DNA of 64,000 nucleotides from Mycobacteriales bacterium (GTDB lineage Bacteria; Actinomycetota; Actinomycetes; Mycobacteriales; QHCE01): NCBI GenBank assembly GCA_013362805.1, contig JABFVL010000004.1, positions 74,034 to 138,033 of the forward strand, read 5' to 3'. Shown piece by piece: positions 55,904 to 64,000 of this stretch (position 1 is its first letter; each line of letters starts with the position of its first letter). The notes under the pieces were generated by a model. It saw only the letters and a program-made list of their open reading frames with translations, ran no database searches and was not told where the DNA came from. The position numbers and the translations under genes were made by a program.

Positions 55904-56407
55904 TTATTCCGGACGTATGAGCGGGGTCTGGAGCGAGGTCACATCGCGCTGCCATTTGCGACCCAGGCCGGTTTTTTCAGCGGCGATTTTCTCTTGTAGC
56001 TTCACGATTCCAGCCAACAGCGCCTCTGGTCGCGGCGGGCAGCCCGGCACGTATACGTCGACCGGAATGAGCTGGTCAACGCCTTTAGTCACCGAATACG
56101 AATCCCAGTAAGGCCCACCGCAGTTGGCGCACGAACCGAATGAAATGACGTATTTGGGCTCTGGCATTTGGTCATACAACCGCTTGATAGCTGGCGCCAT
56201 CTTGTCGGTGACCGTGCCCGAAACCACCATCAAGTCAGCTTGTCGCGGTGAGTGCGCAAACGGGATGACACCTAGCCGAATGAAGTCGTGGCGCGCCATC
56301 GATGTCGCGATGAACTCAATCGCACAACACGCGAGGCCGAAGTTGAACACCCATAGCGAATAACGCCGCCCCCAGTTGAGCACAAATTTAATCGGATCAC
56401 CCAGCAC
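55904..56407 (-). CDS. nuoB: NADH-quinone oxidoreductase subunit B (N2 cluster subunit)
   Basis: [26 protein letters not shown] and VPGCPPRPE. All four N2-ligand cysteine positions are present. GTG start. Confidence 0.93.
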   Translation of the reverse strand: MLGDPIKFVLNWGRRYSLWVFNFGLACCAIEFIATSMARHDFIRLGVIPFAHSPRQADLMVVSGTVTDKMAPAIKRLYDQMPEPKYVISFGSCANCGGPYWDSYSVTKGVDQLIPVDVYVPGCPPRPEALLAGIVKLQEKIAAEKTGLGRKWQRDVTSLQTPLIRPE

Positions 56408-56443
56408 GGTCCCGAGCCTAGCCCGCGACTTGCACCGACTCCG

Positions 56444-56830
56444 CTACACCCAGCGCAGAACACCTTTTCGCCAGGCATACAACAAACCCAGGGCCAGCAA
56501 CGCCGCGAAAATTCCCATTTCCACAGCCGAGCGCACCAACATTCCAGGCAGGTCAAACGCGAGAATCCACGGGAACAAGAAAATCGCTTCTACCGCGAAC
56601 AACAAATACATGTAGCCATATACGTAGTAACGAATTTGGCTGCGCGCCCAATCGCCTTCCACCGCGTCAACGCCACATTCATAAGCGCTGAGTTTGGCCG
56701 CACCGGGCGTCGCTGGGCGCAAGAACCGGTTCGCCAGCAGCGAGACACTAATGAACCCCACACCTACCAGAAGCATGAGCGCCAAGCTTGCGTACTGCCC
56801 GAGATACGAGGAGGTCACATCAACCACCAT
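56444..56830 (-). CDS. nuoA: NADH-quinone oxidoreductase subunit A
   Basis: 128 aa, 3 TM helices, the YECG motif (SAYECGVDAV) and YLLFAVEAIFLFPW. Confidence 0.9.
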   Translation of the reverse strand: MVVDVTSSYLGQYASLALMLLVGVGFISVSLLANRFLRPATPGAAKLSAYECGVDAVEGDWARSQIRYYVYGYMYLLFAVEAIFLFPWILAFDLPGMLVRSAVEMGIFAALLALGLLYAWRKGVLRWV

Positions 56831-56880
56831 AGCGATGCGACCTCACCACTCGCCCCAGCCCAGCTGGTCGCGAAGATGTG

Positions 56881-57510
56881 TTACTTCTTGCCCTGCTTTG
56901 GAGCCGCGGCCGATGAGCTTGTCGTTACTGGAGCCGCGGACCTAGGGTTCTGCTGTTGAGTGTTTTGTTTCCCGTTGTTAGCCGATGATCGGGTGGGAGC
57001 GGGCGAGCTAGTAGCGGTTACAGCTTTTGGTTTGTACTGATCAACTTTGACGGCCGAAGGCAATTGCAGGTTTTTGGCGTTCCGGTGCTTTTTGAAGTCG
57101 ACCTCGATCTTCTTCCACAACGGATAGTCGCGGAAGCATTCGTCGTACACCCAGCCCGCTTCACGATCGCCGTGTTCGACATGGACCATGTTGCGCGAAT
57201 ATGGTTCCAATTCAAGTTTCTCGAGTTCGTCGGCGTCGTTGATTCGGCTTTCTCCGACATATTCGAGCTCTTGGTCGTCCCACCTCACATTTACCGCATT
57301 GGCCAAAAGGGTGGGCACATTCGGGGATGCGCTGTGCGGCACGCATTGGAAGGTTTGCTGGGCGCCGCCATCACCATTGCCGCAGGCTCCGACGCCGAGC
57401 GCGGCTACCGCGGCGAACGAAACAAGGACCCCAACTCGCGGGCCGCGCCTGGCGGTTGACGCGCCGAACCACTGGTTTTTCGCGGGGGCCTGTTGGGTCG
57501 TGGTGGACAT
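56881..57510 (-). CDS. Putative lipoprotein with a Ser/Thr/Ala/Gln-rich C-terminal tail
   Basis: Signal peptide plus lipobox-like LGVGAC. The globular middle has Cys residues. The tail is low-complexity (SSPAPTRSSANNGKQNTQQQNPRSAAPVTTSSSAAAPKQGKK). It ends 50 nt upstream of nuoA on the same strand. Confidence 0.55.
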   Translation of the reverse strand: MSTTTQQAPAKNQWFGASTARRGPRVGVLVSFAAVAALGVGACGNGDGGAQQTFQCVPHSASPNVPTLLANAVNVRWDDQELEYVGESRINDADELEKLELEPYSRNMVHVEHGDREAGWVYDECFRDYPLWKKIEVDFKKHRNAKNLQLPSAVKVDQYKPKAVTATSSPAPTRSSANNGKQNTQQQNPRSAAPVTTSSSAAAPKQGKK

Positions 57511-57694
57511 AACGCCGCCTTTCGTTCGCTGTTAGTGAACATTTTGCACGTCGACAACAACACTCGCCACAAGAGGCCCCAAATAGCGCAGAAATGGCTG
57601 CTAAAAGCGTGATCCACTCTGGACAATAAACGCCAGTAAGGTCTGCCTTAGTGGCTCACTCACAACTGTGGGAAACACCCCGTAGCATGAAGTC

Positions 57695-59575
57695 GTGGCA
57701 GACAACGCAGCAGCAAAACAAGTGCAGCGACTCTCGCGAGTGGTGATCCGGTTCGCCGGCGACTCCGGTGACGGCATGCAATTGACCGGCGATCGATTCA
57801 CCCAGGAAACCGCCGCCTTCGGCAACGACCTGTCAACACTGCCCAACTTCCCCGCCGAAATTCGGGCACCAGCCGGCACACTGCCCGGCGTATCAAGCTT
57901 CCAGCTTCACTTCGCCGACCACGACATCATCACCCCTGGCGACCATCCCGACGTACTCGTCGCGATGAACCCCGCCGCCCTCAAGGCGAACATGGGCGAT
58001 CTCGAGCCAGGCGCCACCATCATCGTGAACACCGACGAATTCACCAAACGGGCGCTCACCAAAGTTGGTTATACCCAAAGCCCACTCGAAGACGGCTCCC
58101 TCACCAAATACTCCGTACACCAAGTGCCGCTGACCAGCATGACCACCGAGGCGCTCACCGAAATTCGGGAAAGCGGTGAACTGGGCAAAAAAGAGGCGGA
58201 ACGCGCGAAGAACATGTTCGCGCTGGGCCTGTTGTCGTGGCTCTATCACCGGCCAACCGAAGGAACCTTGACGTTCCTCCAGCAAAAATTCGCCCACAAC
58301 CCAGTGCTCGCCGCGGCCAACATCAAAGCGTTCGAAGCCGGCTGGGCATACGGCGAAACCACCGAAGCGTTCGAAGTCTCCTACGAGGTCGCGCCAGCGC
58401 CGATGCCCAGCGGGACATACCGCAACATCACCGGCAATACCGCCTTGGCGTACGGGCTCATCACCGCCGCGCAGCGGGCAGAACTTCCACTTTTCCTCGG
58501 CGCCTACCCGATCACGCCAGCCAGCGATATTTTGCACGAACTCGCCCGTCAAAAGCGCTTTGGAGTCCGCACTTTCCAAGCCGAAGACGAAATAGCGGCT
58601 GTCGGCGCCGCGATAGGCGCAAGCTACGGCGGCTCATTGGCTGTCACCACCTCCTCGGGCCCCGGCATCGCATTGAAGGCGGAAGCTGTCGGGCTCGGCA
58701 TCATGCTCGAATTGCCCCTAGTCATCTGCAACATTCAACGGGCCGGGCCCTCCACCGGGATGCCCACCAAAACCGAACAAGCCGACCTGCTCCAAGCGAT
58801 GTTCGGCCGGAACGGTGAGGCTCCTCTCCCCATCATCGCGCCGCAATCGCCCGCCGACTGTTTCTACGCGGCCATAGACGCGGCCCGAATCGCGCTGACC
58901 TACCGAACACCAGTCATGTTGCTGTCCGACGGGTACCTCGCAAATGGCGCCGAGCCTTGGCTCCTACCCGACATGACGGAGCTACCCGACCTACGAGTCG
59001 AATTCGCGCAAACACCCGCCGAAGGCCAAGAGTTCCTGCCCTATCAGCGAGACCCGGACACTTTGGCGCGTCCATGGGCAATTCCCGGCACCACCGGACT
59101 CGAACACCGCATCGGCGGTCTAGAAAAACAAGACGGCACCGGCAACATTTCGTACGACCCGATGAACCACGACCACATGGTCCGCACCCGCGCGGCCAAA
59201 GTCGACGGAGTCCACGTCGATGACCTTGAGGTTGACGATCCGACCGGCAACGCGCGTGTCCTAGCTTTGGGCTGGGGATCCACCTACGGACCCATCGCCG
59301 CGGCAGTGCGCGCTTTGCGGGAACAAGGACACGAAATAGCACGTGCTCATCTGCGCCATCTGAATCCGTTCCCGGCGAACCTGGGTGACGTGCTAGCCCG
59401 ATACGACAAAGTCATCATTCCCGAAATGAACCTCGGTCAACTGGCCACCTTGATCCGAGCAAAATATTTGGTTGATGTGGTGTCCTACGACAAAGTACGG
59501 GGATTGCCTTTCCCATCCACTGAACTCGCCGCCGTGTTTCGCGGCGCCCTGCTGGACCTCGGAGTAGCCGCATGA
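57695..59575 (+). CDS. korA: 2-oxoacid:ferredoxin (acceptor) oxidoreductase, alpha subunit
   Basis: VVIRFAGDSGDGMQLTG, GAYPITPASDI and a fused gamma/alpha-type architecture (626 aa). GTG start. Confidence 0.88.
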   Translation: MADNAAAKQVQRLSRVVIRFAGDSGDGMQLTGDRFTQETAAFGNDLSTLPNFPAEIRAPAGTLPGVSSFQLHFADHDIITPGDHPDVLVAMNPAALKANMGDLEPGATIIVNTDEFTKRALTKVGYTQSPLEDGSLTKYSVHQVPLTSMTTEALTEIRESGELGKKEAERAKNMFALGLLSWLYHRPTEGTLTFLQQKFAHNPVLAAANIKAFEAGWAYGETTEAFEVSYEVAPAPMPSGTYRNITGNTALAYGLITAAQRAELPLFLGAYPITPASDILHELARQKRFGVRTFQAEDEIAAVGAAIGASYGGSLAVTTSSGPGIALKAEAVGLGIMLELPLVICNIQRAGPSTGMPTKTEQADLLQAMFGRNGEAPLPIIAPQSPADCFYAAIDAARIALTYRTPVMLLSDGYLANGAEPWLLPDMTELPDLRVEFAQTPAEGQEFLPYQRDPDTLARPWAIPGTTGLEHRIGGLEKQDGTGNISYDPMNHDHMVRTRAAKVDGVHVDDLEVDDPTGNARVLALGWGSTYGPIAAAVRALREQGHEIARAHLRHLNPFPANLGDVLARYDKVIIPEMNLGQLATLIRAKYLVDVVSYDKVRGLPFPSTELAAVFRGALLDLGVAA

Positions 59576-60615
59576 CCGACACCGTTGACCTTGGCCTGCC
59601 TTCACTGCGGGACGTTCCCAAAACTCGCGTGCCGCAAAAGGCTGGCGACTTCAAAACGGACCAAGAAGTGCGTTGGTGCCCAGGTTGTGGCGACTATGCC
59701 ATCTTGGCCGCCGTGCAAGGGTTCTTGCCCTCACTGGGTGTTGCCCGCGAAAACATCGTGTTTGTTTCTGGCATCGGCTGCTCATCGAGATTTCCGTATT
59801 ACGTGCAGACCTACGGCATGCACTCCATCCATGGCCGAGCACCAGCTATCGCCACCGGGCTTAGCGTTTCGCGGCCAGACCTATCCGTTTGGGTTGTTAC
59901 CGGGGACGGTGACGCGCTTTCCATTGGCGGCAACCACCTGATTCACGCCCTACGCCGCAACGTAAATCTCAAAATCTTGCTATTCAACAACCAAATTTAC
60001 GGGCTGACCAAAGGGCAGTATTCACCCACCTCCGAGCCCGGCAAAGTCACCAAATCCACGCCGCTCGGCTCACTTGACTATCCATTCAACCCGCTGTCAC
60101 TGGCCATCGGCGCCGACGCCACTTTCGTGGCCCGCTCCATCGACTCAGACCGCAAACACCTCACCAGTGTTCTGCAGGCCGCGGCCGCCCATGAGGGAAC
60201 CGCGCTGGTCGAGATTTACCAGAACTGCAACATCTTCAACGATGGCGCATTCGACGCGGTAAAAGACTCCAGCGTGCGAGACGCCAACACGCTGGCCCTC
60301 CAAGACGGGGAGCCGCTGCTCACCGCTGACGGCAAGCGCGGCGTCATCCGCGACGAACACGGCGGTTTGCGACTCGTCGACGAACCCAACCTGCACGACG
60401 TGATCCGTCACGACGCCACACTGGACGATTCGTCGTACGCGTACTCGCTGTCGCGATTGGACTCCCAAGTGACCCCGATTGGCGTGTTCCGGGCTGTGGA
60501 GCGCCCCAGCTACGACGCGTTGATGGCCGAGCAACTTGCCACCGCCACCAGCACAGCCGGGCCTGATGAGCTGCGCAAACTGCTTCACGGGCCGAACACC
60601 TGGACAGTGGACTAA
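59572..60615 (+). CDS. korB: 2-oxoacid:ferredoxin (acceptor) oxidoreductase, beta subunit (TPP-binding)
   Basis: WCPGCGDY and the TPP motif VVTGDGDALSIGGNHLIHALRRN. ATGA overlap with korA. Confidence 0.88.
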   Translation: MTDTVDLGLPSLRDVPKTRVPQKAGDFKTDQEVRWCPGCGDYAILAAVQGFLPSLGVARENIVFVSGIGCSSRFPYYVQTYGMHSIHGRAPAIATGLSVSRPDLSVWVVTGDGDALSIGGNHLIHALRRNVNLKILLFNNQIYGLTKGQYSPTSEPGKVTKSTPLGSLDYPFNPLSLAIGADATFVARSIDSDRKHLTSVLQAAAAHEGTALVEIYQNCNIFNDGAFDAVKDSSVRDANTLALQDGEPLLTADGKRGVIRDEHGGLRLVDEPNLHDVIRHDATLDDSSYAYSLSRLDSQVTPIGVFRAVERPSYDALMAEQLATATSTAGPDELRKLLHGPNTWTVD

Positions 60616-60646
60616 GCAAACGGTCCTTGTCCAGGCGCGCGCTCAG

Positions 60647-61261
60647 CTAGGGCCTGGGACCGCTTGGGTTCTGCATTCCCAGGACCTTGTTCCAAGTGCC
60701 CACATGGTGTCCAGGCACCCCTGGAACTTCCGGCCCGGGTTCACGGAAGCGAATTCCAGCTGGCAAACCCTCTGGCGCGGCTTCAGCCGCCGGGTCCTCA
60801 TCACGAGGTGCTTCTGGCTTTTCCGGTGCATCCGAGACTTCCCGGACTTTCGGACGTGCCCCAATAGCGATCGGTTGAATCCCATCGCCGAGGACACGAA
60901 CATGGGTACGGAGTGCCAATTGTTCTTGAACGCGTTCAGCCGGATCGAGCATCGCCATAGCTTCGTCAAGCTCGTCGAAGTTCGCGAGCATCTCCAGGCG
61001 TTCCACCCAATGTGGCTCTGGCTCACCTTCGGCGGCCATCCTCCACTCACTCGCACCTTCGCCCATGTCCTTGCGGGCGGCGATTAACAGATTTAGAAGC
61101 CGCCTTGCCTCGCTATGAGCGTGGCTGCGCGACCCAGCGCTCGCAGCCCCCTCCTTTGGCCTGCTTTTTTGTTCGAAGGCCGCGAGATTCGCGATGACCC
61201 AATCAAGCGTGCCCCGTTCCGGTTCTTCGAGTAACTCTTGTCTGTCAGATTCGTCGGTCAT
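60647..61261 (-). CDS. Hypothetical acidic protein
   Basis: 204-aa ORF, convergent with korB, with coding-like composition (acidic helical N-half, Pro/Glu-rich C-half). I recognised no family. The competing plus-strand ORF 60536-61087 starts inside korB. Confidence 0.45.
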   Translation of the reverse strand: MTDESDRQELLEEPERGTLDWVIANLAAFEQKSRPKEGAASAGSRSHAHSEARRLLNLLIAARKDMGEGASEWRMAAEGEPEPHWVERLEMLANFDELDEAMAMLDPAERVQEQLALRTHVRVLGDGIQPIAIGARPKVREVSDAPEKPEAPRDEDPAAEAAPEGLPAGIRFREPGPEVPGVPGHHVGTWNKVLGMQNPSGPRP

Positions 61262-61410
61262 GTCTAGGCTCCACCAAAAAGTCCATTCAGGATTTCCACC
61301 GCCGGTGAGGATATAGGCGGGAGGCGCTTGGGTGAACCGTCATGCGAGAAACGGCATAACAATGCGCCCCGCCACCACCTGGCTCAGCTAGACATGGCAT
61401 GAGAACAAAA

Positions 61411-62247
61411 TCAGCTGGTGATGTCTTTCGTCGTGAAATGCGCCCACGCGGCGGAAACGAACACCACGATGTAGCCGAGGCTCACCAAGGCTCCTTCACG
61501 CAGGTTGTCCCACAAGACCGGCGCCCGGAAAAAGTCACCGAACACCATCCAGTGATGCACAAACAAATACGGGTGCAGCCAATCTAGCTGCGGAATTTCG
61601 TTCAAAATGGCGCTCACAATCGCCAAAATGATCACGGCGATGGATCCGCCAAGTGGTTGCTCGGTGAGCGTGGAGAAAAACAACCCAATCGCGGCCAGGG
61701 CCAGCAAACACAGGGTCATATACGCGCAGACGCCCACCAGCCGTGCGATGCCCTCACCCTGCGAAATTTGAGTACCGGACAACAAAGTGACATCGCCGAT
61801 CGGAAACAAGATCCAACCGATAACAAGCCCCACCAATGCCACCGCGAAAGTGACCCCAGCACAGGAAATCGCCACCGCGATCGCTTTGACCGCCAACAAG
61901 CGGGCTCGACTTACCGGGACGGTCAACAGATACCGCAGGGTGCCTTGATGGGCTTCACCGGCGATCGCGTCGGAGGAAACCGCTGACACCGCGACAGGCA
62001 AAAAGAGCGGCAGCGCCGCCGACAGCGCGGCCAGGGCCACAAACATGCCGTTGCCGGAGATCGACCCGATGAAATCACCACCTTCGCTGGTGTCGGTCGC
62101 TTTTACCGTGAAGGCGATAATGATGGGCAAAATCAGCAAGACGGCGAGACCGAGCTGATTTCGACGCCTTCCCACAATGAGTCGGAGTTCCGAGCGAAGC
62201 AAACGAAATCCAGGTGCGCGCAGCGCCAGAGGGCTAACCGCTGACAT
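61411..62247 (-). CDS. ABC-2 type transporter permease
   Basis: 278 aa with about 6 TM helices. It overlaps the upstream ATPase gene by 14 nt. Confidence 0.75.
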   Translation of the reverse strand: MSAVSPLALRAPGFRLLRSELRLIVGRRRNQLGLAVLLILPIIIAFTVKATDTSEGGDFIGSISGNGMFVALAALSAALPLFLPVAVSAVSSDAIAGEAHQGTLRYLLTVPVSRARLLAVKAIAVAISCAGVTFAVALVGLVIGWILFPIGDVTLLSGTQISQGEGIARLVGVCAYMTLCLLALAAIGLFFSTLTEQPLGGSIAVIILAIVSAILNEIPQLDWLHPYLFVHHWMVFGDFFRAPVLWDNLREGALVSLGYIVVFVSAAWAHFTTKDITS

Positions 62248-63235
62248 CGAAGCCCTCCCCCGTCAATTCGATGAAGGTTTCTTCCAAATTTGGTTGCTCA
62301 ATGCGAAATTCGCGCACCGCGATGCCCTCATTCACCAAGCTCCGCAAAATGTCTGGCGGCTGCGGATTTTCGGCCGAGAAAGCGGCGACCACCGAACCGG
62401 AGTCGTTCACAGTGGCCGCGATGCCGAGTCGGTCAAGCACAGCTACGGTCGAAACCGTATCGATGGTGACGATTCGGAGCTGCGGCGTTGGACGGAGGCT
62501 AGCTAGGGGACCTTGTGCTTGCAGTACGCCAGCGCGGAGCACTCCAACGTGCGAACACACCTGCTCGACTTCCGACAAAAGGTGCGTGGACAACAGCACC
62601 GTTACCCCTTCGGCCGCGAGCTCAAGGATGAGTGATCGCACTTCCCGGGTGCCCTGAGGGTCGAGCCCATTCGTGGGCTCATCCAGGACAAGCAACTCCC
62701 GCTCACACAACAACGCGGCGGCGATGCCGAGACGTTGCTTCATGCCCAGTGAATATGTCCGGAAGGTTTTACCGGCGGCGGCGGTCAACCCAACCCGTTC
62801 GAGCGCGTGGCCGATGCGGGTTGAGCTGGTGCGCGGGTCCACACCTGTATCGGCAGCATCGAGGCGGCGAAGATTCGCCTCACCAGAGAGATATGGGTGG
62901 AAAGCGGGACCCTCGATGAGGGCGCCCACCTTATGCAGGGTGTCGCTGGTTCGACAGGAAACTGACTGTCCGAGTACTTCCACGCTGCCAGAATCGGGCG
63001 AAACTAGACCGAGCAGCATACGGATGGTCGTGGTTTTACCGGAACCATTGGGCCCCAAAAATCCGTACACGGATCCGCGCGGCACAAACAGATTCAGCTT
63101 GTCGACCGCGGGTTTCGAGCTACGACGAAACGTTTTCATTAGGTCATGGGTAATGACAGCACCACAGGCCGTGTGCTCAGAATTTCGAGAGCCCTCAGGA
63201 CTGAGGGCTCTCGAAGGTGAATCGGTAACCGTCAT
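62234..63235 (-). CDS. ABC transporter ATP-binding protein
   Basis: Walker A GPNGSGKTT, ABC signature YSLGMKQRL and Walker B LLVLDEPTNGLD. ATGA overlap with the upstream gene. Confidence 0.92.
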   Translation of the reverse strand: MTVTDSPSRALSPEGSRNSEHTACGAVITHDLMKTFRRSSKPAVDKLNLFVPRGSVYGFLGPNGSGKTTTIRMLLGLVSPDSGSVEVLGQSVSCRTSDTLHKVGALIEGPAFHPYLSGEANLRRLDAADTGVDPRTSSTRIGHALERVGLTAAAGKTFRTYSLGMKQRLGIAAALLCERELLVLDEPTNGLDPQGTREVRSLILELAAEGVTVLLSTHLLSEVEQVCSHVGVLRAGVLQAQGPLASLRPTPQLRIVTIDTVSTVAVLDRLGIAATVNDSGSVVAAFSAENPQPPDILRSLVNEGIAVREFRIEQPNLEETFIELTGEGFDVSG

Positions 63236-64000
63236 TTGGAGTTAGCCGCCTCATACAGACGTTCCGGCGTTACCGCACCCACATAAATCTGACCGTCATC
63301 GGTAATCAGCACCGAGAAAAGCTTCGATTCCAAAATGTGCCCTCGGCCCCATTCGCCGTTGGCCGCTGGCAAGGCCCGAATCATGCGCTGCGCCTCCTCG
63401 TCCAGATTGGCGCCGTTGCCTACCCAGACCGCTTCCCAGTTTTCGCCAACAAAAGTGCCTTCGTTGATCATGTCTTCCCAGGCTTTATCGCCCGCGTTGT
63501 CATAGCCCTCAGAAACCTTAGCTCCGGGTGGGGGGGTAAACCGGAAATGTTCATCTCCGGGCTTCTGAAAATCAATGTGAGTAAAGCCCACTTCAAAGGC
63601 TGGCTTGGTGCCAGTCTTGGTGAACATCTGTACGGAAAGTGGCACACTTTTCTCAGCGTCAATGGCAATACGCACCTCACCGATCAGGGAAGTATCGGTG
63701 CGGGGTTTCACCACCAGCTCGTACGCATCCCGGCTGGCGACGCGGGTGGTGCCATCAGTGGCCACATCAGTGTTGGGGCCAAGCAAGCCGAGAACTTCGT
63801 CAGCTGCCTGGTCAGGTGTGTGCGAGGCGTTGGGCGGGGCTGGCTGTTCTGAAGCATCCAATTTCTCGTGAATAACGCTGTTGTCTTCGCTCGACCAGAA
63901 CCAGGCGTCTTTTCCGTTGTGAATCCAGTCGGATTCGCCGAGCTCACCGAGCAAGGCCACTCGGGTTTTGTCGGAGCCCGCCGACCACACCCGCAAGGTG
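63232..64000 (-). CDS. LolA-like / DUF2092-type secreted protein, C-terminal part (5' end outside the window)
   Basis: The frame stays open to the window edge. RVWSAGSDKTRVALLGELGESDWIHNGKDAWFWSS resembles the actinobacterial LolA-fold proteins found upstream of ABC-2 transporters. Confidence 0.5.
   Translation of the reverse strand, partial: TLRVWSAGSDKTRVALLGELGESDWIHNGKDAWFWSSEDNSVIHEKLDASEQPAPPNASHTPDQAADEVLGLLGPNTDVATDGTTRVASRDAYELVVKPRTDTSLIGEVRIAIDAEKSVPLSVQMFTKTGTKPAFEVGFTHIDFQKPGDEHFRFTPPPGAKVSEGYDNAGDKAWEDMINEGTFVGENWEAVWVGNGANLDEEAQRMIRALPAANGEWGRGHILESKLFSVLITDDGQIYVGAVTPERLYEAANSK

Noticed and set aside
57893-58579. 228-aa minus-strand ORF inside korA, and 60145-60588 inside korB.
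   Set aside because: They are antisense to genes with strong TPP-enzyme motifs, and nothing independent supports them.

Overview
This is a high-GC actinobacterial chromosome segment. I saw no rRNA, CRISPR array, transposase or integrase. The minus-strand backbone is the conserved translation/transcription cluster: tRNA-Thr, tRNA-Met, rpmG, a fused MaoC dehydratase, a GT-C glycosyltransferase, tRNA-Trp, secE, nusG, rplKA, rplJL, rpoBC, rpsL and the start of rpsG. Housekeeping genes follow: a GGDEF-EAL protein, pyrD, rocD, tsaD, htpX, xthA, an LLM/FMN-reductase pair, TetR plus MFS, yajQ and tRNA-Tyr. The right part holds a complex I (nuo) cluster, korAB and a LolA-like/ABC module. Three regions stand out. 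(1) A compositionally foreign four-gene operon sits between rpsL and rpoC. It reads as a type VII secretion polymorphic toxin cassette: a small helical partner, a toxin with a WXG100-like N-terminal domain and a C-terminal membrane hairpin, a very AT-rich membrane immunity candidate, and an EspG-like chaperone. (2) An accessory patch lies between tRNA-Tyr and nuoN. It holds a lipase-type effector coupled to a small helical partner, an ADP-dependent-kinase-like orphan and a stand-alone FGE-sulfatase-domain protein. (3) The nuo cluster contains only nuoA,B,C,H,I,J,K,L,M,N, with no nuoD/E/F/G in the window. Four non-nuo genes break it up, and it lies next to 2-oxoacid:ferredoxin oxidoreductase genes. 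A GH16 glucanase gene also interrupts rplJL-rpoBC on the opposite strand. All family calls come from motif recognition by eye. No searches were run, so weak calls carry low confidence.
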